Source: Macrostomum lignano
Taxonomy: Eukaryota
NCBI GenBank assembly: GCA_002269645.1
Contig: NIVC01001697.1
Coordinates: forward strand, 1-64,000
Reading direction: 5' to 3'
DNA length: 64,000 nt
In this document: one piece after another, positions 1 to 12,480 of the stretch
Position numbering within the stretch: the first letter of the stretch is position 1
How the letters are laid out: every line of letters begins with the position of its first letter
Program-made: the position numbers and the translations under genes
The notes under the pieces: generated by a model
What the model was told of the DNA's origin: nothing
The model's input: the letters and a program-made list of their open reading frames with translations, nothing else
Database searches by the model: none

Positions 1-280
1 AATCTCCATTCTGAAATCCCAATATCAGATCCCCATTCTTAAATCCCAATATCCAAATCCCCATCTCAAATCCCAATAACCGAATTCTAATTCTAAAATC
101 ACAATATCTAAATCCCATTATCAAATCCCAATATCCAAATCCCCATTATCGCAATCCCAATATCCAAATCCCCATTCTCAAATGCGCAATATCCAAATCC
201 CCATTCTCAAATGCCAATATCCAAATCCCCATTCTCAAAATCCCAATATCTGAATTCCCATTCTCAAATTCCAATTTTTA
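1..280. repeat. ~28-30-bp minisatellite (aaatcccaatatccaaatccccattctc)
   Basis: Visible tandem units; intronic to AGK. Confidence 0.9.
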
Positions 281-347
281 ACCTCTTATTCTACGAGTGT
301 AGGAATCTTAATACGCTGCATATGCAATAAATATGGCCAAAACGCAC

Positions 348-2913
348 CACTCGAGCGCGGTCAGGCAGTAGGTGTCCCTCGGCAGCTCAGAATCGCCCCC
401 TAGTCTGACTCGAACTCGCATGGGTCGAACACAGCAGCTATTCGCTTAGTAGTTGTTGCAGTATTATTGAAATTTGCGGAAGTCGCCTGCAGCAGGGCTT
501 CCACAGTCGCGCCGGCAAGCCTCCGGCAGGCTTCGGGCGGACTTGCGCCGCCGCCAACGCCAGTCGACACTGTCGACGTCGAATCGCTGCGCCGGCCAAG
601 CGGAGCGGCGGCAACCGGCAGGCGAGCGGCAACTCGGCGAGAGTCTGGCGCGGCGGAGCAGACCCGTGACCGCCTGCATCAGGGTGCCATCGCCGCCTGC
701 AACCAGCACAGCGTCAGTGCTGTTGAGGTCCAGCACCTCCATGAAGCCTTTGTTCTCGTCCTCCGCGTCGCCTTCAACTAGTTGCACCTGCAGCAGGCAG
801 ACGACAAGTGAATGATGGAGCACGGATTAAGGAATTCTGATTAGGAGATTTTCAATAGATCGCAATGTTTTTACCCCAAGTTTCCAGGAAATTGGAATCT
901 TTGAGTTTCCAGGAATTGAATCTTTGAGTTTCCAGGAAATTGGAATCTTTGAGTTTCCAGAAATTGGAATCTATAAGTTTCTAGAAATTGGAATGTTTGA
1001 GTTTCTAGGAAATTGGAATCTCTGAGTTTCTAGGAAACTGAAATCTTTAACTTTCTAGGAAATGGGAACCCCCACCCCATTTTCCACGAAATTGGAAGCT
1101 CTTGGTTTCTAGGAAATTAGAACTTCGAGTTTCCAGGAAATTGGAATCTTTCAGTTTCCAGGAAATTGAATCTTTGAGTTTCCAGGAAATTGGAATCTTT
1201 GAGTTTCCAGGAAATTGGAATCTTTGAGTTTCGCGGGAAATTGGAATCTCTAAGTTTGTAGGAAATTGGAATGTTTGAGTTTCTAGGAAATTGGAATCTC
1301 TGAGTTTTCTAGGAAACTGAAATCTTTAACTTTCTAGGAAATGGGAACCCCCACCCAATTTTCCACGAAATTGGAAGCTCTTGGTTTCTAGGAAATTAAA
1401 ACTTCGAGCTTTCCAAGAAAAAATACTAAATTTCTAGAAATTGGAATCATTTCTTAGTTTCTAGCAAATTTGAACCTCTGCGGCCTTTTCAGAAAATTTG
1501 AACCCGCACCTTAGATATCTAGGAAATTATACTATTACAGACCTGGAATTCCTTAATGGAAATTAAAAGTCCAAAACTTTAGATATCAGACCGCTAACCC
1601 AAGAGCTCCCAGCCTACCCAACCGCAGAGATCCCAGCCCTCCAACCGCAAGAGATCCCAGCCCTCCAACACCAGAGATCCCAGCTTACCCAACCCAAGAG
1701 ATCTCAGCCTAACCCAACCCAAGAGATCCCAGCCCTCCAACACCAGAGATCTCAGCCTACTTAACCCAAGAGATCTCAGCTCTCCAACCCCAAGAGATAC
1801 CAGCCTACCCAACCCAAGAGATCTCAGCTCTCCAACCCCAAGAGATCCCAGCCTACCCAACCCAAGAGATCCCAGCCTACCCAACCCAAAAGATCCCAGC
1901 CCTCCAACCCCAGAGATCCCAGCCTACCCAACCCCAGAGATCCCTGCCCTCCAACCCCAAGAGATGCCAGCCTCCAACCGCAGAGATCCCAGCCTACCCA
2001 CTCCAAAGATCCCAGCCCTCCAACCCCAGAGATCTCATCCCTCGAAAACCAGAGATCCCAGCCCTCCAAAACCAGAGATCCCAGCCCTTCAACACCAGAG
2101 ATCCCAGTCCTCCAATACGAGAGATCCCAGCCCTCCAACCCCAGAGATTTCAGCCTACCCAACCCCAAAGATCCCAGCCTACCCAACCCCAAAGATCCCA
2201 GCCTACCCAACCCCAAAGATCCCAGTCCTCCAACTCCAGAGATCCCAGTCTCCAACCCCAGAGATCCCAGCCTACCCACTCCAAAGATCCCAGCCCTCCA
2301 ACCCCAGAGATCTCATCCCTCGAACACCAAAGATCCCAGCCCTCCAAAACCAGAGATCCAAGCCCTTCAACACCAGAGATCCCAGTCCTCCAATACGAGA
2401 GATCCCAGCCCTCCAACCCAGAGATTTCAGCCTACCCAACCCCAAAGATCCCAGCCTACCCAACCCAAAGATCCCAGTCCTCCAACTCCAGAGATCCCAG
2501 TCCTCCAACCCCAGAGATCCCAGCCCTCCAACCCCAGAGATCCCAGTCCTCCAACTCCAGAGATCCCAGCCCTCCAACTCCAGAGATGAAAGTCCAACCT
2601 CAAAGCCAGCCAAATGCAGCATAGGCGACAGAGCCTTCTCAAACCAGGCGCTCTGAGCTGCCCTAGGATTAAACAGCACTGTAACCCGACGCGGCTGCTG
2701 TTGCTGCTGTGACTGCGGCCTACGCTGGCCCGTCTGCTGCCACTGGCCGCTGACGGGCGCATCGCGACGAACGCCTTCGCCCATCGACAATGCTGGCGAA
2801 GTTCGGCTCGCTCTCGCCTGCCGTGTGTAGAGCCAGTTGGCCAGCCACCCAGCCGCTAGGGCGCCGGCCGCGCACTTCTTCGGGTTCTCGCGGATAACGC
2901 GTAGGATAGGCAT
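348..2913 (-). CDS. AGK: Acylglycerol kinase (AGK/MULK-like), 5' part; exons 2913-2599 and 787-348, continues beyond left edge
   Basis: Exon 1: MPILRVIRENPKKCAAGALAAGWLANWLY...RRVTVLFNP...FEKALSPMLHLAGFE. Exon 2: VLVAGGDGTLMQAVTGLLRR (DAGK catalytic GGDGT motif), then LPVAAAPLG and TYCLTALEW in other frames. All match the AGK layout. GT-AG at 2598/788; next donor at 347. At least two frameshifts in exon 2. Confidence 0.85.
878..1500. repeat. 25-bp minisatellite (ggaaattggaatctttgagtttcca)
   Basis: Tandem units in AGK intron 1. Confidence 0.9.
1596..2590. repeat. ~22-24-bp minisatellite (ccaaccccagagatcccagccct)
   Basis: Tandem units in AGK intron 1, up to the donor site. Confidence 0.9.
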
Positions 2914-3045
2914 GAAAAATAAAATGCGCGAAAAACATCTGACTAGACTACTCATCTGCTATGAGGTCAGTAGCATGCATTCAATAAATACTGCTTAATT
3001 GAAATTTCACGGTTAAAAAACTGGTAAAACTTACAAGATTAGATG

Positions 3046-3230
3046 GAAATCGACCCTATGAGATTCGTGTTTAGGTGGGAATCGACCCTATGAGATTCGT
3101 CTTTAAAAGGGAATCGATCCTATGAGATTCGTGTTTAGATGGGAATCGACCCTATGAGATTCGTTCTTAGATGGGAATCGACCCTGAGATTCGTTCTTAG
3201 ATGGGAATCGACCCTGAGATTCGTCCTTTC
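3046..3230. repeat. ~29-bp minisatellite (gggaatcgaccctatgagattcgt…)
   Basis: About six tandem units upstream of AGK. Confidence 0.85.
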
Positions 3231-3914
3231 GAGAGTTAGCAATTTTTTTAAAAGAACTGAGGTTAACCAAAACCATAGTTATTGAAGGCGGACAACAAAA
3301 TCTCACAGATTAATCATATAATTCTATATAACTGCACAAGTGATGACTAGGCTGAGTTTGTGACACAAAAGTGCAAGCATAATAAACATGAAAAAATTGC
3401 ATAAAAATTATGTACCAATATGCAGAACAAAAAGTGTCAATTGATGCGAAAAAACAAATAGAAAAATTACTGCAAAACTTTCATAATCATCCATCGTGAC
3501 TAATATAAAATTCGAACGCAAAAGTGAAGTCTCTAATCTCCAGGAGAGATTGGCCACTCAGCAGCACATTTGCGTGTAAGCTACTTATAGTAGAAACGTT
3601 TCGAAGAAGCTTTAGAGACAAAATCTGTGCCAGATTAATCAACAGAGAAATATGATTATGGGTTGAGCAAGATTGCATAGTAATCTCATGCTCAAATATG
3701 AGTTCAGTGTCCACGCAGATACACGAAGAAAGACAACACTCAAAAATAGTGTAAGAAGACAACGCAACAACATGCAGCTTACTGGCAGTAGTATAGGGCG
3801 CAAAAAGTTTATTTTATTTAAAATATTTAATATCAACGCTGCTTAATACGAGTTGTACTAGAATGCCATTAAAAATAATACTGAAAAATAGAGGTGACTC
3901 AGGGGCGGTAGAGA

Positions 3915-4868
3915 AGGCAATGACCGACAGGCAATGATCATAAGTGGTAGGGGGCAATGACCGACAGGCAATGATCATAAGGGGCAATGACAGACAGGCA
4001 ATGATCATAAGGGGCAATGACAGACAGGCAATGATCATAAGGGGCAATGACAGACAGGCAATGATCATAGGGGGGGGGGAATGACCGACAGGCAATGATC
4101 ATAAGGGGGAATGACAGACAGGCAATGATCATAAGGGGGGATGACCGACAGGCAATGATCATAAGGGGCAATGACAGACAGGCAATGATCATAAGGGGGG
4201 ATGACCGACAGGCAATGATCATAAGGGGGAATGACCGACAGGCAATGATCATAAGGGGGGATGACCGACAGGCAATGATCAAAAAAGGGCAATGACCGAC
4301 AGGCAATGATCAAAAAAGGGCAATGACCGACAGGCAATGATCATAAGGGGGATGACCGACAGGCAATGATCAAAAAAGGGCAATGACCGACAGGCAATGA
4401 TCATAAGTGGTAGGGGGCAATGACCGACAGGCAATGATCATAAGGGGCAATGACAGACAGGCAATGATCATAAGGGGCAATGACAGACAGGCAATGATCA
4501 TAGGGGGGGAATGACCGACAGGCAATGATCATAAGGGGGAATGACAGACAGGCAATGATCATAAGGGGGGATGACCGACAGGCAATGATCATAAGGGGCA
4601 ATGACAGACAGGCAATGATCATAAGGGGGGATGACCGACAGGCAATGATCATAAGGGGGAATGACCGACAGGCAATGATCATAAGGGGGGATGACCGACA
4701 GGCAATGATCAAAAAAGGGCAATGACCGACAGGCAATGATAAAAAAAGGGCAATGACCGACAGGCAATGATCATAAGGGGGATGACCGACAGGCAATGAT
4801 CAAAAAAGGGCAATGACCGACAGGCAATGATCACAAGAGGTAGGAGGCAATGACCAACACGCAATGAC
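3915..4868. repeat. 30-bp minisatellite (caggcaatgatcataaggggcaatgacaga) with a higher-order ~460-bp duplication
   Basis: Tandem units; the block starting cataagtggtagggg recurs at ~3940 and ~4403. Confidence 0.9.
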
Positions 4869-4935
4869 CAAAGAAAAGAATGGAGTATGGACGGACTCCC
4901 AGTGTAAACAAGCAAGTTAATCAGACACCAATCAA

Positions 4936-7900
4936 TCACTCCGGACCGTTTGCCTGTTCCAACGCTTCGGCGCAAACTTCGCCAATAACGGCACTCTCAG
5001 ACGTCTCCATCTCGGACAAGCGAGGCGCTTCGGCGTTCTTCGAATCGACCGGCTGCTCAAGCTGGTCATCTGGCACATTCGACGCCTCCAGCTGTGGAGG
5101 CGGCAAATCCCGATTATCGTGATCCCCATTGCGATCATCAGACTCCGGCAGCTGGGGTTCGTGCTTCAAAGAATCGTTTGAATGTCGTTTAGCAACGGTG
5201 CCAGCAGCCTCGTCGTGATGCAGTCGCTGGTGCCGAGTCAGGGCGTTGATCTGCACGAACCAGGCGCCGCAGATGTCGCACTCGTGAGTAACGGCTGGCC
5301 TCACGCCGCCGGGTCCGCTGTGCACATTCTGAATGTGATTCTGCAGATGGACTCGCTGGTTGAAACGGGCGCCGCAGGTTACACAGTGAAACGGGCGCTC
5401 GTTAGTGTGGGTGCGGTAGTGCAGCATCAGGTTGCAGCTGCGGGACGAATTAGGGGACGCGATTTAAGTCGGTTTGAGGCCAACATGCGATTGATCTTCA
5501 GGGTGGGGTTATGTGACTATTCTCACTTCTCAGGGTGAGATTGTGAGGCGAATCTCAGGGTGAGGTTGTGAGGCGATTCTCAGGTTAAGATTTTGAAGCG
5601 AATCCCAGGGTGAGATTGTGACGATGAGGCGATCCTCAGGGTGAGGTTTTGTGATACTATTCTCAGGATGAGATTCTAAGGCATTCTCATGGTGAGATTA
5701 TAAGGCGATTCTTGGGGTGACATTATGAGACGATTCTCAGGTGAGATTGTGAGGCGATTCTCTGGGTGAGATTGTGAGACTATTCTCAGGGTGAGGTTGT
5801 GAGGCGATTCTCAGGGTGAGGTTGTGAGGCGATTCTCAGGGTGAGATTTTGAGGCGAATCTCAGGGTGAGATTATGACGATGAGGCGATCCTCAGGGTGA
5901 GGTTGTGATACTATTCTCAGGTGAGATTGTGAGACTATTCTCAGGTGAGATTGTGAGACTATTCTCAGGTGAGATTGTGAGGCGATTCTCAAGGTGAGAT
6001 TATGAGGCAATTCTTGGTGTGAGATTGTGAGGCGATTTTAAGGGTGAGATTGTGAGGCGATTTTAAGGGTGAGATTGTGAGGCGATTTTAAGGGTGAGAT
6101 TGTGAGGGGATTCTCAGGGTGAGATTGTGAGGGGATTCTCAGGGTGAGATTGTGAGGCTATTCTCAGGTGAGATTGTGAGACTATTCTCAGGTGAGATTG
6201 TGAGGCGATTCACAAGGTGAGATTATGAGGCGATTCTTGTTGTGAGATTGTGAGGGGATTCTCAAGGTGAGATTGTGAGGCGATTCTAAGGGTGAGATTG
6301 AGACTTATTCTCAGGGTGAGATTTTGAGTATTAGCGGCTGTGAAGCGGCTTAAAAATCACATTGAACAAATAAAGGGGGCGTTTTGTCCAACAGCCGGGG
6401 CAAAAACTCACCGATAAGAGAATCGCTTATGACACTTGTCGCACTTGAATCTTTTATTAGTGTCGTGCAACTTCATGTGCCGCCTCAGGCTGGCCTGATG
6501 CGGAAAACAGGTGCTGCAAACTCTGCACAGCCAGGGCTTGGCGCTGTCCTCGCCAAGGTAGGCCTCGTCTTCCATTAATTCGACGCCATTTGGCGGTAGA
6601 GTATGCTGCTGCTGCTGCTTTTGGTGATGATGCTGATTGGGAGTCTGGGACTGACGGCCGATAAGTGGCGCAACGGCATCGACGCCCAGGAAAGCGGCAG
6701 CCCGAGCAACCTGGCGCTGTTGGATACCGCGTTGGCAACGGCGTTTATTATAGTTGCTATGGGTACTGTTGTTATTGTTATTATTGTTGCCATGGAGACC
6801 GTTGGGGTAACTGGCGGCTGGCGATCTGGCAGCGGTAGAGGCAACCGGCATTGCGGTAATGTACTCAGTAGGGAATACGGGCTGGTTAGGAATTGCGGCA
6901 ATAGGCCCGTGACTGCCGCTCTCAAGCATTGAGGACAGGTTGCCAAGCAGTACGGAGTCCATTGCGATCTGTAATACGTAATGGTGCATAGGTTGGTTAA
7001 GGTATCGAGTAGCCCTATACTTTGGTGGCGGGTGGCTCTATATTGGGGTGGCGGGTAGCCCTATATTGGGGTGGTGGGTAGCCCTATATTGGGGTGGTGG
7101 GTAGCCCTATATTGGAGTGGCGGATAAACCAATATTGGGGTGGTGGGTAGCCCTATATTGGGTTGTTGGGTAGCCCTATATTAGGGTGGCGGTGGCCTCT
7201 ATTGTATATTGGGGTGGTGAGTAACTCTATAATGGGGTGGTGGGTAGCCCTTTATTGGGATGGTGGGTAGCCCTTTATTGGGATGGTGGATAGCCCTATA
7301 TTGGGGTTGCGGGTGGCCCTATATTGGGGTGGCGGGTGGCCCTATATTGGGGTGGCGGGTGGCCCTATATTGGGGTGGCGGGTAGCCCTATATTGGGTTG
7401 TTGGGTAGCCCTATATTAGGGTGGCGGTGGCCTATATTGTATATTGGGGTGGTGGTAACTCTATAATGGGGTGGTGGGTAGCCCTATATTGGGGTGGCGG
7501 GTAGCCCTATATTGGGGTGGTGGGTAGCCCTTTATTGGGATGGTGGGTAGCCCTTTATTGGGATGGTGGATAGCCTTATATTGGGGTTGCGGGTGGCCCT
7601 ATATTGGGGTGGCGGGTAGCCCTATATTGGGGTGGTGGGTAGCCCTTTATTGGGATGGTGGGTAGCCCTTTATTGGGATGGTGGATAGCCCTATATTGGG
7701 GTTGCGGGTGGCCCTATATTGGGGTGGCGGGTGGCCCTATATTGGGGTGGCGGATAGCCCTATATTGGGGTGGCGGGTAAATCAATATTGGGGTGGAGGT
7801 AAGCCCTATATTGGGTTGTTGGGTAGCCCTATATTAGGGTGGCGTTGGAGTGGTGAGTAACTCTACATATATTGGGGTGGTGGTAGCCCTATATTGGGGT

Positions 7901-8516
7901 TGCGTTTGGGTGGTGAGTAACTCTATATTGGGGTGGTGGGTGGCCCTTTATTGGGGTAGCGGGCTAAATTAGCTAAATTGAGAATTTAAATACACAACAT
8001 AGCGCTAGCTTCTAACGATGCTACTAATTAAGTAGGCACATAAGCCTGCTTACGCAATCGAGCTTATTCTTAGTTAAGCTACAGTGCTCCGGTTACCTTG
8101 GACTCGATGGAGCCAGCGAGGGAGGTTGCAGCGGCCGAGACGGCAGCGGAGACGGCAGCGGAGACGGCGGCAGCGTTGGCGTGATTTTCAGTTCCGTCTA
8201 CAACCGCAGGCAGAGCGGTGAGCAGCAGAGAGTCTTCAGTTTCGCCGCAGTGATAAAGCAGCCTGTGCTCCTCCATCAGGTGCTTCTCCGTGGTGACGGC
8301 GCTGCAAACGGCGCAGGTGTGCAGGGTGTAGAATATTGGCTCGCCAGGATGCGCCTCGGCGATGTGCTGCTGCAGCCGCTTCTGGGCCAGGGTTAGAAAA
8401 GTGCACTGGGGACAGCGCAACACGTGCACCAGCATCTTGTCCAGGTTGCCCAGCTGTAGTTGTTGTTGCTGCTGCTGCTGCTGCGGAAGCAGCGGTTCGA
8501 CAGCGGCAGATGCCAT
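4936..8516 (-). CDS. C2H2 zinc-finger protein, 492 aa, six fingers; exons 8516-8097, 6968-6412, 5437-4936
   Basis: Exons join in frame through GT-AG introns (…SK|IAMD…; …KRFSYR|CNLMLHYRTHTNERPFHC…). Fingers include LRCPQC..HIAEAH, WLCRVC..HMKLH, FKCDKC..HYRTH, FHCVTC..HIQNVH and HECDIC..HQRLH, with a canonical-like linker HTNERPF. Total 1479 nt. Confidence 0.9.
5525..6325. repeat. 25-bp minisatellite (ctcagggtgagattgtgaggcgatt)
   Basis: Fills zinc-finger gene intron 2. Confidence 0.9.
7005..7965. repeat. 24-bp minisatellite (gtagccctatattggggtggcggg)
   Basis: Fills zinc-finger gene intron 1. Confidence 0.9.
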
Positions 8517-9791
8517 TGCTGTAATTTATTGCTGCTGCCAGGGATCACTCAAGCTGAAATTTATTAACTCGATAAATTAATAATCCTATTTGGATTAAGA
8601 AAATGGCGATTAGCAATTTATTAAGAGACGCGCAAAAATTGTCAGACCGAGAAGCGAGTCCGGAACTCAATATTTTGATGAAGATATTTATATACATTTA
8701 TGCGAGCGTGTGAGTGTGCGGTCCTTTCCTTTCTCTCTCTCTCTCTCTCTTGGGAAGAGCATCTTAGCGAGGGGGTCTGGCAATGCGAGTGGAGGATACA
8801 AGGGAGAGTGGCAGTGAGAGAGGGAGGGAGAGACAGACAGACAGAAGAGAAAGAGACTACGAAGCAAAGGGAGAAAAAGGGTCCCTTTTCCCTTCTCCCC
8901 CCCCACAAGCCATTCCCCGATCCCATTCTAGAGTTGAAGGATTTGTGTGTGTATGTGAGGGGGGAAAGACAGACAGAACAGAGAGAAAGAGAAAAGAGAG
9001 AGGGGATCTAGGATGAGGTTGGCGCCCGGCTGCTTCCTTTTTTGCCTCGCCCCCATTTCGCCCTGAGTCTGCTGGCCTTTATACACACTTAGGAGGGGAA
9101 AAGGGGAGCTGGCTGGCGCAGTTTGGGCAGAGTAGAAAAAAAGAAGAAAGAGAACTGAAAGGATACAGAAGGGAGCGACCTAACACACTGCGGAATGATG
9201 GAAATAGGAGAGGCTGAGGGGAGCGAAGTCCCCCGCAATACGCCCTTCTCTTCTGAACAACATTCAGTCATTCTATCTCATTTTCTCTGCCTGTCTCCGT
9301 TCGCGATTCTTTCAGCTGCTTTCTATTTTTTTCTCCCCAATAGCCTGGCAACTCCGTCCCTCAGTTCGGCGCGGGATGGGCTGGAACAGAAGTACGAGGA
9401 AAGCATAAAAAAGAGAGAAAGGCAAAGGAAGCACACAACACTCACACGAATGCGCTGAGAGATAGACAGAGAGAAAGAGTGACAGAAAGAGCTGGGCAAG
9501 ACAGGAAAGTCAGCAAAAAGAAGAAAGGCAAGACTACCCCCCCCCTCTCCGAAGGGAAAAGTAAAGTCGAGCGCCTGAGCGCGCGCACAAAACAAGTAAG
9601 AGAAAAAAGGAGAAAAAACTGTAGAGATGGAAAAGGGTGGAAAACCAGACCGGGCAGGGGGGGGGGGTGGGGGTGGAGAAGCAAAGAAACAAATTCGCGT
9701 CCAGTAAAAAAGGAAAAGAAAGTACGTAAGAGACTACAGAGACGAGATAGGGAGAAGGAGAGGATAGAGGGAGAGAGGATGAGAGACGGAA

Positions 9792-9892
<101 letters not shown>

Positions 9893-12184
9893 TATAGTGA
9901 TAATAATATAGAATATAGTGATGAAGGGCAAACCCCTCGGAGCTTAAGGAGATAAAGAGAAAGCGATAGCCAAAATCGATTTAGCGAGCCTCGAGACGAA
10001 AAAAACACACACAACACAAGAGAGGCAGGACGGAAGAGAATGGGGGAGTGGAGAGAAGACGGAGAGCAAGGGTGGTTGAAGTGGTGAAAAAGAGAAATAT
10101 GGGCCTAGGCGAGCAAAGGCAACACGCAGCAGGGAATACGAGACGCGCAGAGAATGCTTTGCATTTCCAATTCTAAACCAGAGCGCCCAACCTTAGAGAT
10201 GCTGTCCTAAGTCCTCAGTCCTCAGTCACCTTTTAGTTAGGCAGTGAGCAGGCTTGAGAAGATTGTATCCTCGCTGCTCCGAGCCGTTCCACTCTTTCCT
10301 AGCGATTCTACTTCTACTTAAGATATGATTTATGATGAGTCTGTAAGCTCTCTATTTGCTACAAATGGTTTCCGTCTATATGAATTGCTGTTTACTTTTA
10401 CTGCTCCACAAACATACAACAACACACCGAAATAGCTGAGTTTTTTTCGATTGATGCCCACTTTTTAAACTTGTAGTTAAGAACTTTCATTTTGTTAAAT
10501 AAGTTCTATTAAAGATCTTGGGCGTTAAAGTTCGACACACTTCTCCGCATTACTTCTTGAATAGGGGATTGGAATGGGTCTGTGACATCTTTGCACCCAT
10601 CACTAGTTAGACTGCATAGACACTTTAAAAGGCAAAGCCAGCATCAATAACATTCTGTACTTTGAATTTGGAATGCTTTCCATAATTATCAGCCTACTAA
10701 TAGTAGTCTATAGTTTGAAATTCTAACAGAATTACTAGCAGACTAGTATTGAAAATTTTATTTTTAAACTTACACAATGGCTCTTTGAAAGATTAGTTCA
10801 AACACAAGTGGTTTACAAAGTGGTTTAGGTGTCACTTATAAAAAAATCTGGGTATTTTATAGCTATAATTAATATAAACTTGTAGTTGTTAAGTGAAATA
10901 ATTTATAGGGTTTTTAACCATGATAGATTTTTTTCAATTTAGCATTATTTAAATTTTAATGTTCTTTCCATAGATTTTTATCAATGTAGAAGGCCTTCAT
11001 TATTTTTTGCTTTTAATAAAACTTTGTACAAAATAAATTTCTTGAGAATCTACAAGAAATAATTTGTTCAAATATATAGATAATTTTCATACTACTTGCA
11101 TTTGCTTTTTAATTTAAATGAACCACAGATTTAGTAAAATAGATATAATTTTTAGCAATACAGTATCAACTAACAGCTTAGTGACTAACTTTGTAATTGC
11201 TTATTGAAAGGCCTGCCGCCTGGTCTAGTGTGAAGTGTGTTAAAAATAAATATTGAGAATTGTTTAATGACAATAAAATTTTCTGAGTGAAGTTAAAGAA
11301 AAACATACTATATATACTATTAATAAGTAGAATACTAAAGAGATCAAAGTAAAATAAAGAAAAACTTAAAAATATATACACTGTATATATAATAAGGTTA
11401 TGACCTTCAAATCTTAGTAAAGCCTAAGGACTGGATAGTTGAATACCTAGATAACTACGAGCTACTAAGAGATTTATAAAAAGAGTTATTCTTGGAAAAA
11501 AGAAATTCCACACTAGTAATAGACCAATTGGTATAATAAAAATGCTACAAACATAACAATAGGTGCGACTATGAAGTAAGAAATATTAGGCATATAGTTA
11601 AACTTTTTTCACACTTATTCTAATAATTATGCTCAGAGTTACTCTTGAGAACTTAGGTTAAAAGCCAGTAAATATATTACAGTCTTGTTATAAATTAGTG
11701 ACCTTTATTAAAATAACTTAAGAGAGAATCATAACATTTGATATAACTTACTAGCAATGACAAGATTTGAAATTAAGTCAACTCTATAACAATTTTGGTA
11801 GCAACAATAGAAAATTTTAAAAGGACAAATCTAAATATACTAAATAAAGAACTACTATAATAACTTTGGCTGCTTTGAAATAGAAGCATTGCAATAACTA
11901 ATTATATTTATATTAGTAAATCATTCTTAAATGTCTATCCTTTTTTTATTCAATCTTCACTTATTTTTAAAAACAAAACCTCTAAACTATTCTACAACTT
12001 TTTTAATAGCATATTCAAGTGTTTTTTCTCCAAGGTTATTAGTAGTTTTTGTCAAATAATTAAAGTCAAGTATTACCTTATGCTTTATTTCCATATCATT
12101 TATCATTTCAACTACTTTGTTAACTAGAGCATTTCTCTGACCAGAGCAAAGCATCACTAGAAGACTAAAAAGCACTTGGGAAAT

Positions 12185-12480
12185 GGGCCATAGCCCAGCG
12201 GTAGCGCAGCTGCTCTGGTGTGCCGCGACCCAGGCTCGATTCCAAGTGCAGCCACATTAATTTGGGGCTGGATTGGAATCTTGGCTTGGCTCAATTGTGC
12301 AATTAACGGCCTTGAGAGCCAACCCCCCAAGGCGCAGTGAAGTGTACATGCCTAACAATTGATAAAGTTAGGGCCGCTGTACACTCCTATGTGAGTGTGT
12401 GCTTGCGTAACATATCCGCGCGCTTGTATGCCTGCTCAAGGGAGTCGGCAGAATTTTATCTGCTGTCAGTTTATCTGATA
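12185..12480 (+). mobile_element. tRNA-derived SINE, family 1
   Basis: A box TAGCCCAGCGG (12191-12201) and B box GGCTCGATTCC (12233-12243). The body is homologous to 26355-26610. Confidence 0.7.
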
